Virus record (IMG/VR): IMGVR_UViG_3300013099_000022 | Origin: a virus | Reading direction: 5' to 3' (one strand) | Length of the DNA: 61,930 nucleotides | In this document: positions 37,737-47,836 of the stretch, piece after piece | Layout of the letters: every line of letters begins with the position of its first letter | Position numbering within the stretch: the stretch's first letter is position 1 | Position numbers and translations under genes: made by a program | The notes under the pieces: model-generated | The model's input: only the letters and a program-made list of their open reading frames with translations | Database searches by the model: none | What the model was told of the DNA's origin: nothing

Positions 37737-38948
37737 TTATTCATCTATATTTACTATGGTTGGATCTATAATTTCAGTTTGAATACATTCTTTAACCGCT
37801 TTATCGTAGGCTTCTTTAAAATTATTATCTTCTGTATAAAGACTTTCTAAATCTTTTGTTCTAAATTTTTTCTCAGGATAAGATTTAAGAAAATTCCATG
37901 CTCCAGATTGAAGTCTTTTATGTTGAACAAGAAAATGAAAATTAGTTCTAATGTTATTAAAACCTTTAATAAAATCTCCTATTAATTCAACAGTCATGTT
38001 TGGCGGCATTAATTTATTTTTAACAGATGTTACAGCAACTAATATTCCATCAAAACCATATTTATTAGGATCAAGAACACCTTTAGCTTTCATTTCAAGT
38101 AATACAAAAGCATTAAACTTTAATGATTGTCCACCAGGTAAAGATTTACCAGCACTTAAAAATCTAAGTTCTTTAGCAGGAGCAAATTGTCCCATTGCTA
38201 ATTGTTCTCTCATTTGATTAACAGCTAAAAAAGCAATATTATATTTTGAACATTTAGCAATATATTTTGGAATTAAGAATGATAAAAGTCTTGCTTTAAA
38301 ACCAATCGCTTGATTTAAATCTTCAACTTCTCTTTCTCTTTGAGATGAAGTATTAGCAATTGAATCCCAACATAATACAGATGGAATATCAGTAATACCT
38401 TTTTTATCTTTGAATAAACACATTACTTCTAAGTGTTTAAAAACTTTTTCAACAGTAATATCTGTATACGGGTTAATTTTTGGTTTATTAACACCCAAAT
38501 TTGCTAAACGCTGACTAGTAGTAGCTTCTTCTGAATCTAAAAAGGATGTTAAGCAACCTTTATGTTCTCTTTGTGCTGCTCCCATAGTTTGAGCTGCTAA
38601 CATTGATTTACCAGAACCTGGATTACCAACAATTATAGATAAAGCTCCAACAGGAAACCCGCCTCCTAACATAGCATCTAAAACATCTATACCAGTTGAG
38701 ACTGTTAATTTTTCTTCTATTTCAGCTTTCATTTCACCTTTAACTTCAATAAAATCATTGAATTCAGCATATAACTCATCTATTTCAGTTGAATCTTCTA
38801 GATTTTTTTTATCAACTTTTTCTAAATGAACATCACTATCATCAACTTTAATGCTACTAAGAGCTTCTGACATTTTAGCTGAATCTTCTTGTTTTTCCTT
38901 TTCATATTGTTTTTCTTTTTCAATTTTTTCTAATTCATCTTTGGTCAT
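37737..38948 (-). CDS. RecA/UvsX-like recombinase
   Basis: GGGFPVGALSIIVGNPGSGKSMLAAQ (RecA P-loop context), SFLDSEEA..RLANLGV (cf. RecA AFIDAEHAL..ARKLGV), AVNQMR (cf. FINQIR). Confidence 0.65.
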   Translation of the reverse strand: MTKDELEKIEKEKQYEKEKQEDSAKMSEALSSIKVDDSDVHLEKVDKKNLEDSTEIDELYAEFNDFIEVKGEMKAEIEEKLTVSTGIDVLDAMLGGGFPVGALSIIVGNPGSGKSMLAAQTMGAAQREHKGCLTSFLDSEEATTSQRLANLGVNKPKINPYTDITVEKVFKHLEVMCLFKDKKGITDIPSVLCWDSIANTSSQREREVEDLNQAIGFKARLLSFLIPKYIAKCSKYNIAFLAVNQMREQLAMGQFAPAKELRFLSAGKSLPGGQSLKFNAFVLLEMKAKGVLDPNKYGFDGILVAVTSVKNKLMPPNMTVELIGDFIKGFNNIRTNFHFLVQHKRLQSGAWNFLKSYPEKKFRTKDLESLYTEDNNFKEAYDKAVKECIQTEIIDPTIVNIDE

Positions 38949-39377
38949 TTATTTCTCCTCTATTAACTCTTTTAAAGCTTGAGCTATTTTAGGTTCTTTT
39001 ATTTTGTCTTTCTTTTTCTTCAATATGTTATTTGTTTTATCAAATTTTTCAATCTTTTTTGCTAAGGATCTAACATCAATCAGATCATTAAGATCACCTT
39101 TACCAGCAACCTTACGTCTAATTTCTATTTCATCTTTTGTTGTTTTAATTAATTCTTTTCTAATATCTAATAGAGTATTAAACATTGCCACAGCAGTTTT
39201 AACTTTATCTTCAAAAAATTTTGCATATCTAGCATTTAATTTTTCTGGAAATAGTTTATCGATATCTTTTTTTAATTTTTCAACATCAACAACCATTTGA
39301 TTTAATGCTTCTCTTTGCACTCCAAAATCTTCTAAAAGTTCTTGAACAACTACTTCATTATCTTTATAATCATCCAT
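38949..39377 (-). CDS. Hypothetical coiled-coil protein (142 aa)
   Basis: ORF track; K/E-rich heptad pattern. Confidence 0.4.
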   Translation of the reverse strand: MDDYKDNEVVVQELLEDFGVQREALNQMVVDVEKLKKDIDKLFPEKLNARYAKFFEDKVKTAVAMFNTLLDIRKELIKTTKDEIEIRRKVAGKGDLNDLIDVRSLAKKIEKFDKTNNILKKKKDKIKEPKIAQALKELIEEK

Positions 39378-39381
39378 TTCA

Positions 39382-39585
39382 TTACTCCATTATGATTTTC
39401 ATTTTACCAGTTTGATCTAATCGTGATCTTTGAACTCCACCTTCAATAAAAACTCCATTTTCAATATAATCACATTCAAATCTAGTTAATCTATCTTGAT
39501 CACCACCCAAACATGTGTTGCAGTCATTATATGGACAATTTGTTCTATGTGGACATATTTGATTTGCTTCTAATATTAAAGACAT
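39382..39585 (-). CDS. Small Cys-rich hypothetical protein (67 aa)
   Basis: CPHRTNCPYNDCNTC pattern. Confidence 0.35.
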   Translation of the reverse strand: MSLILEANQICPHRTNCPYNDCNTCLGGDQDRLTRFECDYIENGVFIEGGVQRSRLDQTGKMKIIME

Positions 39586-39646
39586 ATTGTACTCCTTTTT
39601 TTACTTTAATCTTTTATATATGTTCTAAATAAAATAATAATACCCT

Positions 39647-40393
39647 TTAAACACAATTCATTCTTTCCTCCATTTTTTTTATTTGAGAATAAACATCAAT
39701 ACCAAAACCTATATGTTTAGTTTCATATAATTTAATAAGTACTTTTCTTTGGAGGAATCTATTTTGCTCTAATGATTCAATATCTGTTGTACCCCACCAT
39801 AAATTTTCACCGTGTTCTTCAAATACATTTCTAGGAAATATAAAAATTCCTAAATGTTTTTTATAATCATCTAAAGGTAAATAAGATCCATTCTTTAGAA
39901 TAGGAACTACTGCTCTTGAATTATAAACCATATAATTTTCATTTGACGTAACTATTTTACAAGACAATGGACTTGTTAAATCCTCCATACAAAAAAATTT
40001 TGTATAGAAAGTTACAATTTCATTATTAAATAATTCATCTATATTTGAGAATGTTTTATTTATCTCTTCTGGGTTTATTAATGGTTCATCACATGGTATA
40101 GAAACATAATACTTATATTTATATTTATTTATTGATTTAAAATATTGATATGTCCTATGAGTCCCACAACATGCATCGCTTATAAAATAACCTTTAACCT
40201 GGTCAAATTCATCTGTTATTTTTATACCAAAATCTTCATCGTCTGTTGCTATAATTATATCATCAATAAAATTTAACTTAGATGTGTTATTAATAACATG
40301 TTCTATTATTCTCTTTCCATTAAGTTTGTGGATAATTTTATTTGGGAATCTAGTTGACTTTAATCTTGCAGAAATAACTGCTACAGTTCTCAT
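39647..40393 (-). CDS. CMP-sugar cytidylyltransferase (KdsB/NeuA/PseF family; likely CMP-Kdo-type synthetase)
   Basis: N-terminal AVISARLKSTRFPNK matches the family signature (IPAR..S.RLP.K). Confidence 0.65.
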   Translation of the reverse strand: MRTVAVISARLKSTRFPNKIIHKLNGKRIIEHVINNTSKLNFIDDIIIATDDEDFGIKITDEFDQVKGYFISDACCGTHRTYQYFKSINKYKYKYYVSIPCDEPLINPEEINKTFSNIDELFNNEIVTFYTKFFCMEDLTSPLSCKIVTSNENYMVYNSRAVVPILKNGSYLPLDDYKKHLGIFIFPRNVFEEHGENLWWGTTDIESLEQNRFLQRKVLIKLYETKHIGFGIDVYSQIKKMEERMNCV

Positions 40394-40989
40394 TATTTTA
40401 TTCCATAAAAATCATTAAAATCATTAATTGCATCTTGATTAAAAAACAACCCTTCCATATATTTTGGAGGAACAGTAGCATAATCAGCACCAAATTCTAC
40501 AGCATCTCTAATATCAACTATAGATCTAAAACTTGCTGCTATAATTTTAGTATTATATTTTCTTTCTTCTTTTAGATTTACACATTCTATAAGAAAATCT
40601 TTATTTTTATTTTTAGCACATAAAACAATACTATAGTCACTATCAACTTCACAAGCATAATCAAATTGGAAGAGATCATAAGTAATAGTTGCACAAGTTT
40701 TATAACCCATATTTTTTATTTTTTTAATTAAATCAAATCCATTAAAATCTTTTGTTATTAACAATGGAACTTTGAATATAATTTTATCGCTTGTGTTATA
40801 GTGATATAATTCTTTTAAAGATCTAACTTGAATAAATATTTTATTAAAATTATGTTTATTTTTAATAAAAAATTCATCTGCATTAGTTTTAGATTTATTT
40901 AATAATGATGGGTTGCTAGTTGCTCCATCAACAAAATTTTTCCATTTTTCAATTTCATCCTGATCAGCTGTGTCAATAAAATAATTCAT
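40393..40989 (-). CDS. Transaldolase / fructose-6-phosphate aldolase (TalC/Fsa)-like protein
   Basis: N-terminal MNYFIDTADQDEIEKW...GATSNPSLL matches the Fsa/TalC start (FLDTA..EI......G.TTNPSL). Confidence 0.5.
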   Translation of the reverse strand: MNYFIDTADQDEIEKWKNFVDGATSNPSLLNKSKTNADEFFIKNKHNFNKIFIQVRSLKELYHYNTSDKIIFKVPLLITKDFNGFDLIKKIKNMGYKTCATITYDLFQFDYACEVDSDYSIVLCAKNKNKDFLIECVNLKEERKYNTKIIAASFRSIVDIRDAVEFGADYATVPPKYMEGLFFNQDAINDFNDFYGIK

Positions 40990-41690
40990 TAAGTATTCCT
41001 TTTTAATATTAAATTTATATCTATAGTATCTAAATCATACTCTAAATATTTTATTAAGTCTTTTAATTTATCATCAATTTGTTCTAATTCATCATTAATT
41101 GTTTCTAAATTAATTTTTTTTAATAAAAATTCATCAAATTTTGTAATTGGTTTAATTTGTTTTAAATCAGTTCGTTTAATTAATTGGTTCATTAATTTAT
41201 TTTTACCAATCTCTTCAATTTTAATAACATTACTTTTTTCTTTAAATACCCCAATTAATATTTTTTTATACATTTTAATAAATTCATCTATTGAAAAATG
41301 TGTGGTGTTTACCATCCAGCAAATTTTAGGATGTCTAATAATAAAAATATTATAAAATATATTAGGTGGTAACTTATTATTTAAAACCCAGTCAAACCCA
41401 CCTGGTTTTACAACAAAATTATAATTAGGAAATTCTTTTAATAACAAATTAAACAAATTTAAAAAATAATTACCTTTAAATATCTCTAATGATTCAATAT
41501 CAGGTGTTATTTTATTTAACCATTTTTTACCAATTTGATATTCTATTTCGTCCTTATTATCTTTTAAATGATCTGGGGATATATCTATCCATTTATAATT
41601 ATTTTCTTTTTTAAATAAATTATAAACTATTGTTTTACCAGAATTAAAACTACCATGTAAAATAACAACTTTTTGATTAGATTTTTTCAT
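40989..41690 (-). CDS. P-loop kinase-like protein
   Basis: Walker A ILHGSFNSGKT near N-terminus; 233 aa; no further family assignment possible. Confidence 0.4.
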   Translation of the reverse strand: MKKSNQKVVILHGSFNSGKTIVYNLFKKENNYKWIDISPDHLKDNKDEIEYQIGKKWLNKITPDIESLEIFKGNYFLNLFNLLLKEFPNYNFVVKPGGFDWVLNNKLPPNIFYNIFIIRHPKICWMVNTTHFSIDEFIKMYKKILIGVFKEKSNVIKIEEIGKNKLMNQLIKRTDLKQIKPITKFDEFLLKKINLETINDELEQIDDKLKDLIKYLEYDLDTIDINLILKRNT

Positions 41691-42588
41691 AATTAGTAGA
41701 AGTCCTATTTATTCTTTCCTTACTTTTAAATTTATTGTTATAAATAACAATATCATTTTGATCTTTTCTTTGATCGCAATTTTTACATATATAATTAGTT
41801 TGATTTAATGTATTATTCTCATGATGTTTTTTTAAATCTAAAAAAGGTTTATCATTAAATATATCTTCCATAGTATGATTTAAAAAATTCCCTAATAACA
41901 ATTTTCCATTATAATCAAAACAACACATATTAACTGTGCCATCAACTTGTATTTGATATGGACTATTCCAAGGTCTTCCGCAAGTTGATTTTACTATATC
42001 ACCTTTTCTAAATTTAAAAGCATCTACCCAATTATGAGGTTTCCACATTTCAATTGTTGCATAATCATCATATTTTTCTTTAATTAAATCAATTTGGTCA
42101 TCATTAATTCCAGGTATAATATCAAATGTTAATATTAAATTTATATTTGTTTCATTGATAATATAATCAATATTCCATAACACTTGTCTAAATTGGTATA
42201 AAGGAGCTTTAGTTATTATATGATATGGTTTATATAAAACTGAATGTAAACTAATTCTTATATCTTCAACACCCACCTCATTTAAAAAATCTACTCTTGG
42301 GTAAGGTAAATAATAACCATTAGATAATATATGAATTTTAAATCCACATTCTTTTGCATATTTTATTTTTTCTAATATTTGCCAGTCTACAAATGCTTCA
42401 CCAAAACCAGAAATTGTAATATTGGTTATGTTAGGTAATTCCTTTTTAATTTTATCAACAATCAAACAAAATCTTTCTAACGACATTTCTTCTTTTTTAC
42501 GAACAAATTTTGTGGAATGAGGACAAAATATACAAAAATAATTACATATTGTACATGTTTCTATTCTTACTTCATTTGTATTTAGCAT
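41677..42588 (-). CDS. Radical SAM enzyme with C-terminal SPASM/twitch-like Cys cluster
   Basis: CTICNYFCIFC (CxxxCxxC cluster) near N-terminus; additional Cys pairs (CGRPW...MCCF..., CKNCDQ) in C-terminal third. Confidence 0.7.
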   Translation of the reverse strand: MLNTNEVRIETCTICNYFCIFCPHSTKFVRKKEEMSLERFCLIVDKIKKELPNITNITISGFGEAFVDWQILEKIKYAKECGFKIHILSNGYYLPYPRVDFLNEVGVEDIRISLHSVLYKPYHIITKAPLYQFRQVLWNIDYIINETNINLILTFDIIPGINDDQIDLIKEKYDDYATIEMWKPHNWVDAFKFRKGDIVKSTCGRPWNSPYQIQVDGTVNMCCFDYNGKLLLGNFLNHTMEDIFNDKPFLDLKKHHENNTLNQTNYICKNCDQRKDQNDIVIYNNKFKSKERINRTSTNYEKI

Positions 42589-43957
42589 TTTGTACTTTCA
42601 ATAAAAATCTATTTTGATAATCTGTAATTGTTAATATTTCAATATTATATTTTTTAGGGAATAATTTTTTTATTTTTTCTTTTGATTCAGAAATTGACAT
42701 TCCTTCATGGTTTGTTGGTTCTAAAAATAAATTATATTTTGTTATACTTAAAAGAAAATCTAATAAAAGTACTGTTTCATTAAAATCTCCAATAGATAAC
42801 ATTGATACATTATCAAACTTTATATTATTTTTTCTACACTCTATAATAAATTTTTTTATATCTTGTTTAATAAAGTTTATATTTAAATTCTCAATTTTAT
42901 TTATTAACTTACATAATTTTATTATATCATCTTCTATATCAACACCTGTTGCTTTTATATTTTTTAATTCTATTAATTCTTTAATAATAAAACCGGAATT
43001 ACAACCCATATCTAAATATGAACTATTTGGTTTTATATTATTTGCAATTGCATTTATTCTTATATGTTGATTTTCCATCTTTCTTCTATTACCATCTATC
43101 AATAATTCTCCATTTATAGTAATAGGATTATATACATCCCACTCATCTAGAGATTTTATAAATTTTTTTATTTCATAAATATTGCTTGTATAAGTTCTAT
43201 TTATATAATTATATAAATTTATAAAACCTTTAATATATTTTAATAAATCTTTAACAGGTATTTGAGAATCTGCATCACAACTAGCATTCATAGGATCAAT
43301 TGTTGATTCAATAAACAAACCATTCGCTCCTGATGCAATTGATGACATTCCTAAATCAAAAGCATAACTTCTATTATATATTTTTGAATGATTTTGTGGG
43401 TGGGTAATATCAACTAATACAGCATCACAATTACTTGTTTCATTCATATGTCTAATATGTCGAGGATCCATTACAACATTATCATATCCAAATGTAGTTC
43501 CTCTATCTGTTATAAAAACCTTAGTATCTTTATTTAAATTTTTAATTTTTGATACAGGTTTTTTAACATCACCAGAAGATAACCATTGTGGTTTTTTAAT
43601 ATGAATAGGTTTTCCAGTTTTAGATGCAGCTTTTGCAAGAGAAGTTTGCATTGCTAAAAATGCTGGAATTTGAATCAAATCTACATATTTTGCATATGTT
43701 TCTATTTGTTCAACTGTATGAAAATCAGTAGTTATTTTACAATGAAATTCCTCTTTGATTTTAATTAAACTTTTTATTCCTGATTTAAAACCTGGACCAG
43801 AATAGTTTTGAATTCGTGTTCTATTATCTTTAATACAAGAAGATTTAAAATAAAAATCAATGTTGTTATACTTATTAACAATTGCTACTATTTCTTTTGC
43901 ATCTTTTCGTAATTTTGATAAATTTTCAATAACACAAGGTCCGCATATTAAAATCAT
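42572..43957 (-). CDS. kdsA: 3-deoxy-8-phosphooctulonate (Kdo-8-P) synthase fused to a class I SAM-dependent methyltransferase domain
   Basis: N-terminal 250 aa: ICGPCVIE, YSGPG...IKEEFHCKITTDFH, QIPAFLAMQTSL, IKKPQWLS, DRGTTFGYDNVVMD, DITH closely follow KdsA; C-terminal domain has MTase motif I YLDMGCNSGF. Confidence 0.7.
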   Translation of the reverse strand: MILICGPCVIENLSKLRKDAKEIVAIVNKYNNIDFYFKSSCIKDNRTRIQNYSGPGFKSGIKSLIKIKEEFHCKITTDFHTVEQIETYAKYVDLIQIPAFLAMQTSLAKAASKTGKPIHIKKPQWLSSGDVKKPVSKIKNLNKDTKVFITDRGTTFGYDNVVMDPRHIRHMNETSNCDAVLVDITHPQNHSKIYNRSYAFDLGMSSIASGANGLFIESTIDPMNASCDADSQIPVKDLLKYIKGFINLYNYINRTYTSNIYEIKKFIKSLDEWDVYNPITINGELLIDGNRRKMENQHIRINAIANNIKPNSSYLDMGCNSGFIIKELIELKNIKATGVDIEDDIIKLCKLINKIENLNINFIKQDIKKFIIECRKNNIKFDNVSMLSIGDFNETVLLLDFLLSITKYNLFLEPTNHEGMSISESKEKIKKLFPKKYNIEILTITDYQNRFLLKVQNAKYK

Positions 43958-45678
43958 ATATCACACTTTCCGCTAGAACATTGAACATCTCCTGTTTCAA
44001 GTGATCTCTTAACTATGTTATTTCTAATGTGTTCTATAGCTTGTTCTTTAGTAATTTTATTTAATGGTTGTTCACCTCTACAACCATCCCTATATACAGT
44101 AACCCCTTTTAAGTCAGTTATATTTTCTAATAATAATTGACTTAAATCTTCTGTTGTAGTTTCTTTTGGTAAATTAATTGTCTTTGATACTGAACTATCA
44201 ACATATCTTTGTATTACTGCTTGAATATTAAAATGATCTTGTGGGTTTAAATCAAAAGTGTCAACAAACCAATCAGGCATTTCTTCTTCATTTTTTAACA
44301 TAGTTTCATACATTGGGTGAACATATATTCTTTCACTAACTCTATCTTTTCTTTTATATGCTTTAGCAAATAATGGTTCTGCAGATCCTGTATATGGTGT
44401 TAATAAACTAACTGTACCTGTTGGTGCTATTGCTTGACATGTTACATTTCTTATTCCATATTTTTTAATGTCCATTCTAATAGATGCTGGTAATTTTCTA
44501 ATAAAAGACGACTTACCATATAAGACAGGATCAAATGCAGGAAATGATCCTTTTTCTCTTGCAAGTTCAACTGAAGCTTCATAGCATTTATTTCTAATAA
44601 ATTGCATTAATCTTTCTAATTCTTGAATAGATTTTTCAGATCCATATCTTGCTTTTTTAGCAAATAAATATTCAGCTACTCCTAATACTCCAATACCAAT
44701 TCTTCTTGATGTATTAGCTTTATTTTCAATTTCTTTCATAACATATTTATTACTTTGAATTACATCATCAAGAAACCTAACAGCTAGAAAAATAGTTTTT
44801 TCTAATTTTTTCCAATTTGTATTAATATTACCTGTAATAAAATTTGGTAATACTAAAGATCCAAGATCACATACATCACGAGCTGATAGACAAGTTTCCC
44901 CACAAGGGTTCGTGCCTAAAACTGGATCATAATACCATGAATTATTTTTTTGAAAGTTAGTCCAATTAATTAAACCTGGTTCTGCAGACTTAATCATATT
45001 ATCAACTATCTTATCCCATATTGATTTTGCTTTTATTGTACCATATTCTTTTTGATTAAATTTAAATGTCCAGTCTGAATCAGTTTCAACTGCTTGTATG
45101 AATTCATCATTAATTGCTACGGATATATTAAAATGTGATATTTTACCATGAACTAATTTTGCATCAATAAAATCCATAACTTCTGGATGATTTACATCAA
45201 CATGAACTAAACCAGCTGCTCGTCTGGCGCCGCCACTTTCAATAGTTGCAGCAACAGCATCAGCAGCTTCTACAAACGAAACTAATCCAGATGATGTTCC
45301 ACCTTTACCTAATATTACATCTCCCTTTGGTCTAAGTTTGGAAAAATTTGCTCCTACCCCTCCACCCTCTGACCATAGTATTAAACTCTCTTTTAAGAAT
45401 TGACCTATATCTTCTATATTATCATTAATTGGTAAATGATAACAATTAAACAATGATCCTCTTGTTCTACCAGAATTTCTTAATATACGACCTCCAGGTA
45501 AAAAATCCATAGTACCAATCATCTCATGGAATTCTTCTCTATATTTAACTCTATTTGTTTCTGATGCTGCCATTGTATCTGCTACTCGATTTGCACACAT
45601 ATCCCAATTTTCTCCCTTCATGAGATATCTACTTGTTGCAACTTCAAGAGAACTACCTTCCAATATAACTGATTTCAT
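43954..45678 (-). CDS. nrdJ: Ribonucleotide reductase, class II (NrdJ-like)
   Basis: GGGVGANFSKLRPKGD and active-site NPCGE motif (class II hallmark), C-terminal Cys pair CSSGKC. Confidence 0.7.
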   Translation of the reverse strand: MKSVILEGSSLEVATSRYLMKGENWDMCANRVADTMAASETNRVKYREEFHEMIGTMDFLPGGRILRNSGRTRGSLFNCYHLPINDNIEDIGQFLKESLILWSEGGGVGANFSKLRPKGDVILGKGGTSSGLVSFVEAADAVAATIESGGARRAAGLVHVDVNHPEVMDFIDAKLVHGKISHFNISVAINDEFIQAVETDSDWTFKFNQKEYGTIKAKSIWDKIVDNMIKSAEPGLINWTNFQKNNSWYYDPVLGTNPCGETCLSARDVCDLGSLVLPNFITGNINTNWKKLEKTIFLAVRFLDDVIQSNKYVMKEIENKANTSRRIGIGVLGVAEYLFAKKARYGSEKSIQELERLMQFIRNKCYEASVELAREKGSFPAFDPVLYGKSSFIRKLPASIRMDIKKYGIRNVTCQAIAPTGTVSLLTPYTGSAEPLFAKAYKRKDRVSERIYVHPMYETMLKNEEEMPDWFVDTFDLNPQDHFNIQAVIQRYVDSSVSKTINLPKETTTEDLSQLLLENITDLKGVTVYRDGCRGEQPLNKITKEQAIEHIRNNIVKRSLETGDVQCSSGKCDI

Positions 45679-45798
45679 ATAACTTCCTCTCTTTTTATAA
45701 AATAGTATTTGTATATGTTTAGTATTAATTTGTTCTAAATTTTAGAAATTGTTTCTAAAATAAGGTAAATTTTTTAATTTTAGTTTCCATCTAGACGG

Positions 45799-45834
45799 AA
45801 AAACTGGAAACAATCTTGTATTATGATTGTTTCC
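45799..45834 (-). terminator. Rho-independent terminator: 10-bp stem GGAAACAATC/GATTGTTTCC followed (minus sense) by T5
   Basis: Read directly; immediately downstream of the stop of gene 45841-46338. Confidence 0.5.
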
Positions 45835-45840
45835 AATTTG

Positions 45841-46338
45841 TTATTTTTTCTTTAAAATTTTATTAAATTTTGCTATTTGTTTTTGATAGAATGTTTCTTC
45901 TGGTTTAGTAATTCTTAAAGGATGTGTGATTGAAACTTTGGATTTGAATAATAGATATTGTTGTTGTTTGAATTTTCCTGTATCAACATTTCCAAGTGAA
46001 ATTAGATGATATAATCCTTTTACTTTTCTTCCTTGCATAGTTATAGTAATATGAGCTGGTGTAAATTTATTTAATGTAGCAACACCTTGGTCAAATAATT
46101 CAATATTACCACCGCCATATTCTCCAGCAGGAATATCTCCTTTAAACAAAGCTTCTTTTTCAGAATGAATATGAGTCTTAATTGCTAAAACTCTTTTACC
46201 TGAATGTAAAGGAACTGTTTTAGGAACTGCAAATGAGTGCCAGTGATTGCTTTTATTAGGATCTTCAAATCGCAAATCTTGATGATATCCAGCACGTCTC
46301 GCTTTATGGTTATGTATTACAAATCTTATTTTTTTCAT
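45841..46338 (-). CDS. LigD-type 3'-phosphoesterase (PE) domain protein
   Basis: N-terminal RFVIHNHKARRAGYHQDLRFE matches LigD PE signature (FV.Q.H.A.RLHYD.RLE); 165 aa standalone. Confidence 0.5.
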   Translation of the reverse strand: MKKIRFVIHNHKARRAGYHQDLRFEDPNKSNHWHSFAVPKTVPLHSGKRVLAIKTHIHSEKEALFKGDIPAGEYGGGNIELFDQGVATLNKFTPAHITITMQGRKVKGLYHLISLGNVDTGKFKQQQYLLFKSKVSITHPLRITKPEETFYQKQIAKFNKILKKK

Positions 46339-46349
46339 GGGTTAACCTT

Positions 46350-46760
46350 TTAAAAATCCTCGTTGTCTTTTATATTTTGTTTAGATTTAGGTGTTTTACC
46401 AAGAAACCTATCTTTCATCTTGTTAGCAGCTAATTTACCAGCTTCACCACATCCCACTAATTTACCCATACTAAAATAAGCTTTTTGGCCTGGACATTTA
46501 CTTTTTGCTATAGCGCCTTTTTGCCTTAGTTTGTTTTTTTGTCTTGCTATAAGCTGAGATCTTCTAGATGGCTTTTGTTGTCTAGAACTTGTGTTCGATA
46601 CATTTTTATTACCCTTACTTCTATTAGCATAGGCTATACCGCCTGCAGCTACCGCCGCACCTGCAATTATTTTTCCTTTATGGTCTCTCCAAACTTTTTT
46701 AACCTTATCCCAAATCTTACCTTCTTGCAAACCATATAGGTAATTATCTAATATAATCAT
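46350..46760 (-). CDS. Basic Lys/Arg-rich protein, paralog of 18033-18788 (shared N-terminal domain)
   Basis: YLYGLQEGKIWDKVKKVWRDHKGKIIAGAAVAAGG versus YLHGLEEGKIWDKVKKVWRDHKGKILTGAALAAAGG. Confidence 0.5.
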   Translation of the reverse strand: MIILDNYLYGLQEGKIWDKVKKVWRDHKGKIIAGAAVAAGGIAYANRSKGNKNVSNTSSRQQKPSRRSQLIARQKNKLRQKGAIAKSKCPGQKAYFSMGKLVGCGEAGKLAANKMKDRFLGKTPKSKQNIKDNEDF

Positions 46761-46762
46761 AT

Positions 46763-47299
46763 TTAATTCCTCTTAACATTATTTTTATAATCTTCTAATG
46801 CTAATAAAGCTAAACAATATGCGTCACATATATTATCATCTTCAAAGTCTATATCATATTTACACTTAGCAACACGCATCATCATTTTTTTATCAGCATG
46901 TCCGTCTGTTGTATGCCATTTTTTTAATGTTGTTGGTGGTACAATTGAATAATTAATATCATTTTCTAATAAATTACCTACTATCATATACAATAAACCA
47001 CATCTTTCAAATAATGTTGGACTCGCTGACATATAAGAAAGACCTTCAACATATACTTTTTCTAACCTAACCACACTTGATATATATTTTAATTGTTCAA
47101 ATATATCATTTACCCTTTGATATCCATCTATATAACATTCTTTATCAGTACTTACTAAATGTTCTTTAACTATTTCTTTAGAATCATTAATTATAACAAC
47201 AGCATTACCTGTTAAACTTGGGTCTATACCTATAAAAAATTTTTCTAATGATTCCCATTTTTGACTTTTTATAATTTCCGGAAATATTCTCTTACCCAT
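46763..47299 (-). CDS. RuvC-like Holliday junction resolvase
   Basis: FIGIDPSLTGNAVVII (RuvC motif I-like) and C-terminal DICDAYCLALLA (cf. DAADALAIA). Confidence 0.55.
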   Translation of the reverse strand: MGKRIFPEIIKSQKWESLEKFFIGIDPSLTGNAVVIINDSKEIVKEHLVSTDKECYIDGYQRVNDIFEQLKYISSVVRLEKVYVEGLSYMSASPTLFERCGLLYMIVGNLLENDINYSIVPPTTLKKWHTTDGHADKKMMMRVAKCKYDIDFEDDNICDAYCLALLALEDYKNNVKRN

Positions 47300-47312
47300 T
47301 ATGTAATTCCCT

Positions 47313-47585
47313 TTATACTGTAAGTATTATTTTATTTTCAATGATTTGAATTAATACATCTCCGTGACATGGTTTTGGTTTGCAATAACATCCAAGGGTT
47401 TTATTTTTTAATTCAGAGATGCAACTTAATAATTTTTTATTATTTAATATATAATCTTTATATTTATTTATTACTTCAGTTCTATTTCCATCTTTTCCTA
47501 TTATAAAAGGATTTCCCCATTTAGAACCTCTACCAATATAAATATCATAATCATGTTTCTCACAATGGACTACTTTTATAGCCAC
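47313..47585 (-). CDS. DUF4326-family protein
   Basis: YIGRGSKWGNPF ... LGCYCKPKPCHGDVL signature. Confidence 0.5.
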   Translation of the reverse strand: MAIKVVHCEKHDYDIYIGRGSKWGNPFIIGKDGNRTEVINKYKDYILNNKKLLSCISELKNKTLGCYCKPKPCHGDVLIQIIENKIILTV

Positions 47586-47836
47586 TGATCATCTCTTGCA
47601 ATTGATGCATTAGCCCACATAATAGCTTCTTCAATTTTAGTAATAGCAATAGATTTCTCTCTACTATCTGGGCATACAGCATTTATATACTCTACTAAAT
47701 CTTTTCCATTATTTCTTAATTGTCCATATATTCCAACTTGTTTTGGTGTTGGTGCATGATATTTAAAGTTATTCTCAATCTCTGTTTGTTTCACTTGATT
47801 CTCCTTGTTCATAAAAATGTGGATTATTCTTTTCAT
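47576..47836 (-). CDS. Hypothetical protein (86 aa)
   Basis: ORF track; overlaps upstream gene, so start uncertain. Confidence 0.3.
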   Translation of the reverse strand: MKRIIHIFMNKENQVKQTEIENNFKYHAPTPKQVGIYGQLRNNGKDLVEYINAVCPDSREKSIAITKIEEAIMWANASIARDDQWL

